A stretch of 64,000 bases of DNA from Podarcis melisellensis. Its lineage: Eukaryota. The position numbers and the translations under genes are program-made. The stretch lies in assembly GCA_964234715.1 (NCBI GenBank), contig OZ174278.1, one strand, 5' to 3'. Numbering within the stretch: position 1 is the first letter of the stretch; every line of letters begins with the position of its first letter. This document shows, one piece after another, positions 1 through 13,564 of this stretch. A model generated the notes under the pieces. The model did not search any database. It had not been told where the DNA came from and was given only the letters and a program-made list of their open reading frames with translations.

Positions 1-849
1 CAAACCATACTTGGCACTTGCATAGCTGAAGGGCCATGACAAAGAAGATTCTAGGTTTTATAGATACCCGGCACACTTCAGTCAGCAGAGCAGGGGTGGC
101 CTAAGACATTTTGGCACCTGAGGCAAACTCCAAACTGTGCCACACTCCTTCCAGGGAAGAAGGGTTGAGTGACGATCTACATCAGGAACAAGAGAGGAAT
201 AAAGATATAGATCTTTATTCCCTTGTGAATCCTGTCACCTGAAGCCTCATGGGTGGGTCGTCCCTTTTAAAAAAAAAATCCCCTTGAATAATCTCAGTTC
301 AGAGTACAGGTGGGGAGGGACTGGAGGGAGGGATGTTGTTACGCTTGGAAACTGAATCCACCAATAGAATAAAACAGTAAAGCTATATCTGGGCTGTACC
401 AGTGGTATGTTGCTGGCATGGATGCTTTTATAGAGGGTGGGGTGAATGGGGACAATTGCCCTGGACCAAAACCAGAATGAAAACAATGCTTCCTGCCTTA
501 ACTCTGATCTTTTGCCAAGAATAATAGCACCCACCAGTGCCCATAGAGAGTTTACCTTAATGATGGATCCTGTGTTTATTTTCTCGTTAACTACATGGAA
601 GGTTTGGTGAAGTAGGAGCATAAAGGTTTGAGATATTACAGACTGTCGGCAGCTAGAAGGTTATGTAGGGAGAAATGGAGAGTTTTGGCTGTACCATCTG
701 CAAATAGAATGGCTTAACAAAGTATTGGAGTTTGGCTTCATGGCCAAGTTAACAGATAGATTCAGGGAAGAAAAACAATGACAATGTAACTTTATGGCAA
801 ATTGGATTGATTTTATTGAATAAAGTAACGCCACCCAGTCTTCAAGCAG

Positions 850-1090
850 TGTGAGGCTCCAGGATTTCCTTGCGCTTACCCAGGGTTTGGTTTCCTTAGA
901 ATGAGGAACAGTGGAGACGGATGTCTTTATGATATATGGTTTATTTACACAAAAATGCAACCTGAGCCTATGATGGAGGGACTCACAGCATTTTCACCCC
1001 AAGAGGGTCTTGCTTCTTCCATAGCCACAGCCTTGGATTCACACAGAAATCAAGCATGGCTCTCACTCTGCAGCTTCTATCTGTTTCTCA
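850..1090 (-). mobile_element. LTR-like repeat fragment (copy 1)
   Basis: Clearly homologous to 30096-30320; starts TGT on + and has AATAAA on -, like an LTR 3' end. Confidence 0.5.
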
Positions 1091-1625
1091 CTCATTCTTC
1101 CTTTCTTATACTAATGACCTGTATTTAGGGCCGTTAACTCACCAAGAAACTTCCCTGTCTTCTTCAACAGTGGAATCTCCCAAACTCACCACAACACATT
1201 CAGCAGTAAACCCTAATATAATGGGTTTTGAGGTTATGGTTTACAAGTTTTTGATAGTAGGGACATCTTTGTTATTACCATATGTAGGCAACTCCACTGG
1301 AATATAGTTTGATTATATAGCTACTAATTATAAGCTTAATATGATTATATATTAATCAGGGTAATTTAAATGAATAACCTCCAACCATAGTTTCAGCTTC
1401 TATCTCTATCTCTCTTTGAAAGCCTATGTGTATTGAGTGGTATTATACAGGATGTATAACAATGTTTATATTTTGTAACATATTGCAAAACTCATTTAAA
1501 ATGGGAAGAAAAAGGAAATCCATTTCATATTGCTGCTCTTTTGACCTTTTGCTCCAGTTGTCAAAATGGCCCCTATTTCAGTATGCAAACAGCATAGCAA
1601 AGCTGGGGGTGAGGGCATATCAGTA

Positions 1626-1851
1626 CAGTGGTACCTCAGGTTACATATGCTTCAGGTTACATATGCTTCAGGTTACAGACTCCACTAACACAGATATAGT
1701 GCTTCAGGTTAAGAGCTTTGCTTCAGGTTGAGAACAGAAATCGGGATCTGGCGGCGCGGCGGCAGCAGGAGGCCCCTTTTAGCTAAAGTGGTGCTTCAGG
1801 TTAAGAACGGACCTCCGTAACGAATTAAGTACGTAACCCGAGGTACCACTG
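1626..1851. mobile_element. Tc1/mariner(pogo)-type MITE
   Basis: TIRs CAGTGGTACCTC...GAGGTACCACTG; TA target duplication; internal (gcttcaggtta) repeats. Confidence 0.85.
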
Positions 1852-3135
1852 TACTGGAATCAACACAAAAATATCACAAACGGGCTTGCAACAATGAGAA
1901 TTACAAAATAACTATATGGCAACTATATCCCACCCCTTGTCAGCCAGCCAATGAAAACCCTTTCCAGAACAATAACAAGTCACAATTCTGGCCGTGAAAC
2001 ATCAGTCATTATTTAGCCAGTTGGAAGTTGTATGTCTTCAGGGCCTTCTACAGGGCTTGAAGCCTGAAGGCCTTGCATAGATCTGCTGACAGGGACCTGG
2101 GGAAAGCTACGGTAGTTCAAGGGAACAATAAGGAAGTAAAATAGGTGACAGCTTATCCAATCCTATACTATACACACTCTCATAAAGTCCCTTGAACTAA
2201 ATAGGTTTTAATTGAGTAGACATGCATAGGATTGGACTAGAAACGTTATTTATCTACAGTATATTTAATGCCACTCTTTTCATAGAGCACTCAGAAGAGT
2301 TTATATCAATGAAAGTACAATACAATAATCCCAAAACATAACAAAAACTAAGAAGGGAATACAATTAAAAAAATCAATGCAACCCAGTTTAAAAACAGCA
2401 GAAATTACACATTCCAATACAAACATTTTTAATTTTTGTCTAAAGGACAATGAAATATTTGACGAATCAAACTTCTAGCAATAATTTCACTTCCTTTAGC
2501 TTGGTTTACTGATGAAATAAAAACTTTCTGCCTTCTTTCAGTTTAGTGTTTTCCAGTTTTAAAGTATGAGATGCAGACTCTGTACACAAAAAATAAAAAT
2601 AAACTCAAAACAAATCTCAGCACTTGAAAGTTTCCTTTGCTTACTATAATCATGTAACCACAGAACAAAGAGATGATCTGAACCATCTGCTACCAAGATT
2701 AGTAAATTTACCAGAATTCACTAAGATCTCTTTTGTGCTTAACTTTAATCCTATCAGCAGCTATGTATTATAGCTCAGCAAGCTGTCTGTTTCCACAAAG
2801 GAAACCTAAACAAAAAAACAAAATACCCTACTTGGAAGAGATTATTAAACAGCCAAGAATGGATGAGTATACAAGATTCTATCCTGAAGAATACAATATT
2901 ATGAAGAGAAAAAATTAGATTGGGAAGGTCCCAGCTTCCATACTCAGCATCTCCAGATAGGGATGGGAGAGATCTTTGTCTAAAAGCCAGAAGAGCTGCT
3001 GCCAGCCAGTGTAGGGAATACTGATCTAGATGGACCAATGGTCTAACTTGACATATATACCGGTAATCATGGTGCTTCTACTACATCATATCTATCCACC
3101 CAAAGTCGGCCACGTTGCTTCAGCTTTGGGAAGAT

Positions 3136-3663
3136 CAGTGCTTTTTCGGGGGGGGGATGACGCAGGGGTACACATACCCCTAAACATTTTGTGAAGCTAA
3201 GTTTGGCTTCATTAAGTGGCAATATTTAGATATGAGTAGGAAAATTAGAGTACCCCCTAAACATTTTTTGAATTATGGTGTTGGAGGAGACTCCTGAGAA
3301 TCCCATGGACTGCAAGAAGATCAAACCTCTCAATTCTTAAGGAAATCAGCCCTGAGCGCTCACTGGAAGGACAGATCATGAAGCTGAGGCTCCAATACTT
3401 TGGCCACCTCATGAGAAGAGAAGACTCCCTGGAGAAGACCCTGATGTTGGGAAAGATTGAGGGCACAAGGAGGAGGGGACAACAGAGGACTATATGGTTG
3501 GACAGTGTTCTCGAAGCTACCAACATGAGTTTGACCAAACTGTGGGAGGCAGTGGAAGACAGGAGTGCCTGACATGCTCTGGTCCATGGGGTCACGAAGA
3601 GTCAGACACGACTAAACAACTAAACAACAACAACAAAACATTTTTTTTAGAAAAAAAGCATTG
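3136..3663. mobile_element. hAT-type MITE interrupted by Bov-B
   Basis: TIR CAGTGCTTTTT...AAAAAGCATTG; near-perfect 8-bp TSD gggaagat/ggggagat; related uninterrupted copy at 20761-20915. Confidence 0.7.
3266..3635 (+). mobile_element. 5'-truncated Bov-B (RTE) LINE
   Basis: Encodes the Bov-B C-terminal peptide KLRLQYFGHLMRREDSLEKTLMLGKIEG; (CAA)n tail; 11-bp TSD aaacatttttt at 3259 and 3636. Confidence 0.92.
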
Positions 3664-3789
3664 GGGGAGATCGTGTATCTTTAGATCAGGGGTGGCTAAA
3701 CCATATGTATTCATACCCTGGTCTGGTTCAGGCATTGCTCTAAATCAGAGTTTAATTTGATAAGAACAAGTTGCACCAACTATTGGGCT

Positions 3790-3828
3790 TGTGCGTGCGT
3801 GCGCGCGCGCGCACACACACACACACAC
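3790..3828. repeat. Compound (GTGC)n(GC)n(AC)n microsatellite
   Basis: Directly visible. Confidence 0.9.
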
Positions 3829-5705
3829 TTTCCTCTTCCAGAACAGCCACAAAGAAAAGTTTGCCTCCATTTTTTGTAACCATAGCTGTTGCTTCCATTT
3901 TTTCTAACCGCAGCTTCTCACAGCTTACAGTTCTCCTTTCAATGTCAGTTCCCTCTTGCATAAAAATAAGTTGCTTAATAAAATCTGAATTTGTTAATGC
4001 TATCTGAATTTTCTTGTCAGTGGGCGTTTGCTACCTACTGTTTACACTTTTAAAAATGGCCTTAATATATTCCTGCCTTGCATTAATCTGTCTATGGTCA
4101 TGTTTTTGGGAACTGCTTAAGGAGTTGTCAATCATTAACTTGAACAAACCCAGAAAAAGAAACTAAAAGACGGTAGAAAGGATTGTGCTTTAGGGCAGGC
4201 ACAGAGCTTCCACATTCATTCAGATCAGTGGAAGTATTTCTATTGCTGCAGAACTTAGGGCAAGCACAGCTAAAGAATTATAGGCAAGGGAGTTCTTTCT
4301 GGAATTAGTCCTTACAAAGTGTTACATGCATATACTAATCCTGAGTAAATTTCTGTTGTATACTGTCTATTCCCCACCACCACCACCAAGGAGTTGGCGG
4401 TAGGCAGGAAGGAAAGCCATAATAAAGGCCATTTATTAAGGCCATTTTAAGAATGAAAGATATGAGCCGTCTCCCACAGCACGTTGTTGTCAAATTTTGA
4501 GCTTGCTTACCACCACCAGCAACAACAAGGCAGTGTGCGGCCTGCAAGTTCCATGTCAAAGTACTCTTGCAGTCCACTTGGTATGAAAAGTTGGACCAAC
4601 CTGTGTTATATGCTCCCAACTTCTCCAACTGATGGGAAATTCCATGGGCACCACAACCCAAGTTCTTTTCCGCACCACTGGAAAGTGGTATGCTTTAACA
4701 CCCTCCACCTTTTCATACCACTTTACAATTTTAAAAAGTCCTTATGAAAATCCATTAGCAAATTTCTCCATTTTTAAGAAAAAAATTCACATACACATTT
4801 CAAGGGGTGGCTGTGTTTTGGTTCATATAGTTTTGGAGTTGTGCATTTACATGCAAATAATCCGATTTCACCCCATCCCTATTTAAGTGCACACAAAGAC
4901 ACACCCCTCTGGAAATTAGATACATTTTCTCATGACTCATGCATTTAATTTTCACTGAAATGCATCAGCATTCCACCACTAAAGTTCTGTTTGATTTATG
5001 CAAGTCCTCAGCGGGGAACTCTGCAATAAACACTCAAAACTTACTATAAAAATAGTTTATTATAGGGATATCAGATTTTCTCTAAGACAGCTGACAGATA
5101 TGAAATATGCTTGCTCCACTGTTTGTACAGTTTCAGGAGATCAAGATTAGCTTGGGCCTGAAGCAAATTTACTATTGAGCTTTATGTATTTGCCTTAGAA
5201 CTGCTGCCCTTGAGTTACATTTACAGTTACAGTTGAACTGGGAGATGAGCACCGTTTCTCTCCTGTAACCCTACACCCCTGCCTATGCTAAAGAACAGAA
5301 CATGAGATATACCACAAAGTAGAGTCACAAACAGAGTGGTGGTACTGTAGATGGAACATCAGAAAAAAACAACAGACAAAAGATGCTACCATTATCCTCA
5401 TCTCATGATTCAACCATGAATTAAAAGGCAAAGGAATAATCTCCGAGTCCCAAACTATGATGTTTGCCAGTTTTTGCTAAAGCTTTAAGAAACCAGCATT
5501 TTTAAATTGCTTCAACTAAGGTTAGATAATAAAACATGTCGCTAATAAGGCTGCAAGTACTTCGGTTTAACTTGAGGGGGAAACACACATGTACACACAA
5601 ACACATGTATTCCCCATGTGCAGAGTTCTTAATCCAGGCAGCGTATCTGTTTTAGGAAGTTAATACTTGATGCACAACATAAGGGAAAGAAACATATACC
5701 AGGTA

Positions 5706-5929
5706 CAGTGGTACCTCGGGTTAAGTACTTAATTCGTTCCGGAGGTCTGTTCTTAACCTGAAACTTCTTAACCTGAAGCACTACTTTAGCTAATGGGGCC
5801 TCCTGCTGCTGCTGCACCGCCGGAGCACGATTTCTGTTCTCATCCTGAATCAAAGTTCTTAACCCAAGGTACTATTTCTGGGTTAGTGGAGTCTGTAACC
5901 TGAAGCATATGTAACCTGAGGTACCACTG
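5706..5929. mobile_element. Tc1/mariner(pogo)-type MITE, inverted copy of 1626-1851
   Basis: Same TIRs and TA flanks; reverse-complement similarity to the first copy. Confidence 0.85.
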
Positions 5930-7138
5930 TATTTTGTGCTGTTCCACACATAATCAGACCCTTGGAAGCAAATCTCACTCCCTCTTGTGTACCTGACTGC
6001 CATTCTCCTGACCACGTCTATGATGAATGGATTCTGATGAAAGGCAAATGAGATTCCTAAACCTTATGTGAAAAGGTGGTAAATTCAGCAAACACATTTT
6101 TTCTCCCTGCAACATAGTGAGCTGTGCCTGCCAGAATCCTGTTTCCTACACAAAGAGGCAGGAGGTCACCCAATTTATTGAAATGCCAATAAATATTTGA
6201 TTTTTTAAAAAAGCCTTTCTTTTTGGCATGGGTTATTTAAAGATGGGATATTTCCAAAATAATTTCTTCATTTCCCTTCCACTTTCTTGACTTTTTTGTT
6301 TTTGAAAGAAGATGCTCAATTAGCGTTTGCAGTGACTTCTGAAAATGCTGACATGTCCATTTTATCATTATTTATGATGTTTTTAAAAACTAGAAGCAAA
6401 CTGCCCTGCTAAAATATAGAATTGGTAACATTTACAAGACAACTGGGAAAGCCTGATAAACACCAGCGGGCCGCTGCATGCATTGTCTGAAATGCACAAT
6501 CCCCCTTTTTGTCAATAGTTGGTGCTACTTAGCCTTTGAGATAGCACCTCTTAAATCAATACATCCTTTTTAATTTTTAATGTCCCCCTGCCATTAGCTC
6601 ATTCTCATGTCCCCTTTTTATTGCTTATCAAAGCAATTGGCTATGACCTTGACATTTTTTCTGTCTCTCTTCCCTTCCCTGGTTTTTGAGCAAAGCTCGT
6701 GTTTCAAGCACAGAAATCCCTTTCCAGTGATTTGGCAGCCCTCTTCCAGTCTAATGCTTTCAGGTGTGTACAGTGCATTGTTTTGCTGAAAGGCAGCTTT
6801 ACAGTTCCCAGGATAAGGTATATAAAGCCTGGGTTATGGGGCTCTTCACAATCCCATTCTTGTCATATGTAAACAGCCAGTGGCATATGATCAGAGACAC
6901 TTTTGTTTCACCATTACTGCAGGAAAGAAAGAAACCAAGGGCTGCACATTATTTAATGAGATGACATGGCACAAACATGTGTTCCCCTCTTATTATTTCT
7001 TCTCATTCTGATTTTCTCTGAGGAAGTTTGGGGAAATGGTCCATGTTTTCATCTCCTTGATTGCAACAAGTCAGGATTGAGGCTTTTATGCTTTTCAAAA
7101 GCTTATTTCACACTCTCATGATTTCAGGAATATTAACA

Positions 7139-7140
<2 letters not shown>

Positions 7141-7177
<37 letters not shown>

Positions 7178-7193
7178 CGCGCATGCGTGTGTG
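7141..7193. repeat. Compound (GT)n(GC)n microsatellite
   Basis: Directly visible; alternating purine-pyrimidine. Confidence 0.92.
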
Positions 7194-8840
7194 CAGGTGC
7201 ACACACACAAAATTTGCATAAACAAGGATCATAGAAATGATACATATAGGTAGACCAAGTCTTCTCATGTCAATTGCTTATCACAAAAAACAGCAAATTT
7301 GCAGCAATATCTACAGCATATTCTTGGTTCGTGGATTAGTTTAAACAAAAACAAAGGGGAAACAGGATAGAACAGAATTAACTCTTAACATTCAGCATCA
7401 CATAGCTAAACACCTAATCACTTACCCTTGTAGTTGTGCTTAGTTAAGTATGAGTAATAGTCATTTTCTTCTTTGTCCTCATTAGTCTTCAGCCCAACAA
7501 AATTCTAGATGGAGCCATCACAGAGATAGTTTCAGGAAGGAACGTGGGAGCTCTCTCTTTTTCTGCTCTTTTAGAAATGGCAGCCATTTTTTGTCATGCT
7601 GTGCCATATATCAGCAATTTTGTGTTATGCCACACACCCTCACCAGATGTTTTGTGACTGGCATCCAGAGCACTTTCTCAAAATTCCAGATGCGCCCACA
7701 TACCCAAAAGGTTTGGTGACCCCCATGACTCTGTTTTATTTGTTGACTGTCAATGGACTCATCAAGCCTTATTTTCAAAAGTCTGTACCTTCTGATTTCA
7801 GAAACATGTTTTTACAATTCCAACGAAGAATCTAAATGGGTAGATTTAAGAAATTATGGACTCTTAGTGAAAGTACGTCGCAACAAGAAAGGAGGAAAGT
7901 GTTCATCATGCTCTCATGAGACAAATCCTGGCTCAGAAGACCAATTTTGGAACTGAGTACAGAAGTGTGTGTGACTGAAAACATGTATTGGATTCGTTAC
8001 AACTCTAGCTTGGAAAATTCTGGCTTCCCTAACAAAAGGAGAGAGGAAAGAAAATGGAACTGGGGGAAAAGGCAAACCGGAGAGAAAAATGTAACTCCTT
8101 TTCAGCATTTAGCACCTTCTCAATTTTCCTCAGTGTCCATTGCTCCATGGCAAACATAAGACCTTCTATCATTATAAATGCTTCCTTAGGGAAATTATAC
8201 TGTTATAGCAAAGGTAGAGATCCCAAAACTTGCTATACAGCGAGCAAAGATCCACCCACTATAGGCTCAGAATCAGGGACATTGGCTCCCCAATTACTGG
8301 CTGGGGTTGGTGGCTGGCGCCGTGGCAAGTGTGGGTGTGGTGTGCTGGGGGCGTCTCAGAGAGAGGCGCTTCTGCTGCAAGGGATTGCAGCATTGGAGAG
8401 GGGCACTGTCACCTCTCCAATTCCACCCCCAGATCAGGCTTGACTGGGTGAGGGGGTAGAGCTGCAAGTGATCTCAGCATCAGAGGAGGGGGGGTGCTGC
8501 TACCTCTCCACTGCCTGTGGCCAAGTGGCAGATAACCCTTCCCTCTTGGCTGGCCCATGGGCGGCCATAAGGAGAAGGAGATGCTGCCACCATCGCCCCA
8601 GGCCCAAAAGTGCAACTTTCCTCAATGAGGGAACTGTGGTGGGGGAGCCGCCTCCAAAATGTGCCCAGGGCAGTGGCCCCCCACACTACTCCACTGCTTA
8701 GAATGTAAACAAACAAATATAGTGTCCAAGTTATGCCTGTGTTGCAGTACTTGTGAATGAATTGAATGAGCTTTTCAGTGGATATTGAGAGGACATTCCT
8801 TCCAGATTCTTAGGAACTTAGCTCTATGGGTTATCTAGGT

Positions 8841-8976
8841 CAGGCATAGGCAAACTCAGCCCTCCAGATGTTTTGGGACTACAGCTCCCATCATTACTGA
8901 CAACTGGTCCTGTTAGCTAGGGATGATGGAAGTTGTAGTCCCAAAACATCTGGAGGGCCAAGTTTGCCTATGCCTG
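8841..8976. mobile_element. Palindromic hAT-type MITE
   Basis: Near-perfect ~50-bp inverted arms; 8-bp TSD atctag(g/a)t; decayed relatives near 11490, 19433, 32030, 32930 and 39750. Confidence 0.85.
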
Positions 8977-9639
8977 ATCTAGATATTGTGGAAAGCAAAT
9001 TTAAGAAAGGAATTGAATAAATAAAAAATTATGGCAAAAGACTTGTGATTAATCTGGCTGAACAAGCCATAGACTTCATTTGCAAGTATCTTTGGTAACA
9101 GTTAGTGCAGCAGATAAATATATTTTCTCAGTGACCATAGTGCCAATTAATTCCAGTTGAGTGTTAAGCCCAGGTTCCAACCTCTTCTATAGAAAATTAT
9201 TAATTGCTTGCTGTGATGACTTTGTTCCATTATCTGCTGATTAAGTCTCTCACCTTCAATCAATCAGTCTTGGATTGCTAGTATTATGGAGTTCTTGAAT
9301 ATTTTTTAAAATAAAAATGATTTAGATAAATATTTAGCCACGGTTCCTTATTGGATTATAACAACTCTACATTTTCCTGATTTAAGGTCCAAATGTTTCA
9401 TTCATTAAATTAACATTTTAATTTTAGGAAATAAAATATGAGATTTAAAAATATAACAGCTTAGCATTTTCATCACTCATTTGGGTCTCCAAATGATTGT
9501 GTCAATTATCCATGATTCCCTATGTTTCCTAAGGCCACCAGCAATTCAATAAGAAAGTTCCCCAAAGGTATCAGCCCCTAGGATTTGCCATTTTAGCAGG
9601 TCATTCAGTAAGCCTAAATCCTACTAGAAATTGTATGTC

Positions 9640-9697
9640 CTTCTGATCGGCAAGTCCTAGGCTCTGTGGTTTAACCCACAGCACCACCCACATCCCT
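9640..9697 (-). mobile_element. Sauria SINE 5' head fragment
   Basis: Matches the 5' end of the 40941 copy in reverse complement. Confidence 0.7.
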
Positions 9698-12600
9698 GTA
9701 CACCACCAGAAACTGCATTCAGTCTCACATATCTAGTACCAAGTATATACTCTTGAAATCAGGGCATTTGTACAACCTGTCCTGAACCTTGGTGTACCTG
9801 GTGGCAAGTCCTGATAGCACACAGTCCCAAAGACAACACTAGAGTGTAGTTAGACAGTCCAAATGGTCAAATACCAGTCCAAGTCCAATACAACAAGCAA
9901 GGTTCAAAGTCAATTCATAAGGTTAGGTTCTCACCTCTGCAGAAAATCCAGGGTTGGAACATATGGGGTCAGTCCCAAAGTCACAGTCCAGTGACATTCC
10001 CAAGGCAACCAAGCAGTGATCTTGAGTTTGCTCCTACTGAGCAGCTATGCCTCTCCACTTGATGAAGCATGTGACCCTCACCTGCCCTGAGCTTAATCCA
10101 GCTGAGTGATCTCAAATATCCTTCCAGACCTAACGAGTCTCATGATCTTCACCTGGTCTACTACTGAACTAGGCTATGTTCTCTTGCCTGCCTCAGTCTC
10201 CTGGAGTACACTTCTTGCAAAGCCTCAGAGTCCGCTGTGTCTATAAAGACGGGGGCACCTCTGGTTCTCCTTCCCCAGGATCCTGTGAACTGTCTGCAAG
10301 CCCATCAACATCCTTCAATGTCCTGTGAGTACCTCCTAAGTCCCCAATCTCCCTCTCCTCATATTCAGCCTGTCCTGGTGTGTACCAGTCATGGCTACAC
10401 CCCTCGCTGGGATCCTCCTCCCCTTCCTTGGTGTCCTGCCAACTCATGCCACAACTCCAGTTAACCGTCAGTAGCAGCTATAGCCACCATGGCAGCACCA
10501 ACCTAATGCTCTAGGTCAATGCATGATGCCAGCACCATGGGTTGTAATATTTCACTAATAGTGCAATAATTGTGCTCCACTCTAAGCAGCTGTGCAGCAA
10601 GTAATCAGAAGAATGGTGCACTAGTTCATAAGGATGGGAAATCTGGTGTCATGGTTTTGAGTGGTAATCAGACTTGCAGAAGTTGATGTTTCTGTTTTGA
10701 ATTGAGAAGACCATGCAGACATCTTGGTTTATTTCTGTATATGGTCTGGAGTAATTCTAAGAACTCAACCAACTGGACTTCCAGAGTTTTCCTCAGGAGA
10801 AACAGTTCCACAGCATAATTCACTGTGAAAAATCTAGAATGAAGAGCGGGGATAAATAAACTGTTTGCTCAGTTCAACATTTTGGCAGGTAAAAATACAA
10901 ATTGGCAGTTCTCTAATTAAGATAGACAAATTACCGACTTAATTGACCATACATAATGGAAAACAAATGCAAAGAGCATCATTATCTATAAAATTGGGGG
11001 CGGGGGACAGATGTTTTCAATCTAACAGAGATAAGAGTTATAGGCATAATTTATTTTAATGTGTTAACTTCAACTATTTTTAATTTTGTGTGTGTGAAAA
11101 ACAAGGACCAGATATGAGCTTTATTAAGTTAAAAGTGCAAATAACTGTTCCTTATACATAGAACATAAATATTTGCTATACGTAAATACAGGATGGTTTC
11201 CATGAGTGAATTGGTAACTATAGGTAAGAGTGTGCCTTTACAGGTACCTCTAGCTTCTTAGATGAATGGAGGCATTTGATATTCAAGCTACAGTGAAGTA
11301 AGCTCTATGGAGTCAGACTGTGAAGCAGTTACTCTGGGGTGCCTGCATTGAAATAGCTGGCAGTGCAATCCCAAATACCTTATTTTTACAAGAAAAGGAG
11401 GAGCAAAGGTACCTTCGATTTCACAGATTTCTGTACAAATGTACTTGGACTTACTTTGAATTAGTAGGGCAGAAGAGATATGCATCTAAGCAGGGGCAGC
11501 TAATGTAATGCTCTTCAGATGTTGGTGACCACAGCTGTAATCAGTCTCAACCAGCATAGTCAATGGTCTGGCATGATGGAATTATTAGTTCAATAACATG
11601 TTGACAGCACCATGTGGGCTACTGCTGAGCTAAGGGGTAGTATCGCCTTCATATTGTAGCTTCCTACCTGTCCCATGCAAGGTATGACTATAACCAGCAG
11701 CAAGTTGGACCCTTGGGTCAAAGGGAGTCAAAGGACAGTTAAAGGAGGATAAGGCTATTGAAGAGAAACTGAATAAATTATTTGCATCCATCTTCAAAGC
11801 ATCTGATTAAAAGTTTTGTTGCCTGTCTGTTGTTAAAACCCTGAAAACAAAGGAAAGAAGTGTTAGACCATGTTAGGGTGTAAGGAGTAGAACTGTTGAA
11901 CAGCCCATGGTGGCTGGGACTGAAGGCTGTTGCAGTCCAAGACATCTGGAAGGCAGCAGGTGAGCAAAGGCTGTTGTGAAATAAGCAGAAAAATAAAGGC
12001 ATTCTGGCCTGGGGAGCCAGGTCAGAAATAAGGATGTTCTTCAAAGGATGCTAGGCTATGCCAAAATAATAATGAGTGTTGTTTTATCAAATAAGTTGTC
12101 ATCCTCGGATGGGAAGCCCTCCTGGCTACGATCCCATCAATTATATAAATTAGTATGAATGTTTCTTACTTTCATTATCTATGGTATATTTAAATATACC
12201 CCCAAACTAGCTTCCTCTTCTGAAGTGTAGGAGTAAAATCTGCCTGTCATCTTAAAATACAGCTTTTGTGGGATATTTTCAAAGGTCATCAGTAGCCTAT
12301 AGAAAGACAGTTTTGCTGATCCTACTAGTTGAACAACACCATCTTCATCACTCAACTACGTATTATTTTAAACAATTTATTTCGGGCTCAAACCATCCAG
12401 GAACATTTTGGACTTCTATCTGGAACTTAAACCAAGGACAAAGAATGAATAATTTGTTTAGCAGACCTATGTTAGAAGGCAAAATACAGAACATTCACAT
12501 TCAGTGCAAATTCACATTTAATTCCCTGTGCTGAAGAATAGAAGGCCAACAAAGTTTTAGCTTCAACTACTCATTTTAATTCTATTTTATAAAACATTTA

Positions 12601-13216
12601 GTGGTATTTGAGGCCCATGCTATTTAGCAGAGGCATTTTCAGGAGAACAATGGGATGACAATCATGCCTGTACAGGATGAGTCATGCTGGATACTGCTCT
12701 TTAGTCAAGATTTCCAAGGCAGTTTACAAATATTAAAAACTCCAAAACAAATATGCCAAGCAATATAACAATTGAAACAATAGGCCAGCAAGATGCATAC
12801 CAGCAATAAAGCAAAACAATAGCAAGAAACAACACCAGATCTTTAAAATAGCAAAAATGCATGGTTATTCACCTGTTTCCTAAAGCTTCTAAATCAGTAG
12901 TGTATTTCTGAAACTTTCAGCTAGTCAGCTATCACCAACTTGGTGGGGTTGGAGAAGACCAAACTAGGTCATGTCCACTGATGATGGGGAAGCACAAATT
13001 ATTGTTAATACAAACCAGTGCTTCAAATGTTCCAAATACACGCTACAGAAAATTCACTATGGTTAACACATCAGCTAAGTTGAAATTTGGTGGGTTGCAA
13101 AGATGCTCATATATATTGTCATAACCAGTTGTTTGTGTTGGAAATCATGAATGCTGCAGAGTGTGGATGGCCATCATTCTGCCAGAAAAAAGTCTTCATC
13201 CCTAGGTAAATGATAG

Positions 13217-13564
13217 TAAGGTACAGCTAAAGAGACCCCTGACCATTTGGTCCAGTCATGACTGACTCTGGTGTTGCGGCGCTCATCTCGCTTTATTGGC
13301 CAAGGGAGCCGGCATACAGCTTCTGGGTCATGTGGCCAGCATGACTAAGCCGCTTCTGACAAACCAGAGCAGCACACGGAAACACTGTTTACCTTCCCGC
13401 CAGAGCAGTACCTATTTATCTACTTGCACTTTGACGTGCTTTCAAACTGCTAGGTTGGCAGGAGCAGGGACCGAGCAACGGGAGCTCACCCCGTCGCAGG
13501 GATTCGAACCGCCGACCTTCTGATTGGCAAGTCCTAGGCTCTGTTGTTTAACCCACAGCGCCAC
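13217..13564 (-). mobile_element. Sauria SINE, near full length
   Basis: Reverse complement of the tRNA-like head (GTGGCGCTGTGGGTTAAA...GGTTCGAATCC) and body shared with the 40941 copy. Confidence 0.9.

Noticed and set aside
9769-10453. Possible solo LTR (TGT...ACA), and similarly 334-640
   Set aside because: Composition and ends are suggestive, but no matching target-site duplication or second copy was found in the window.
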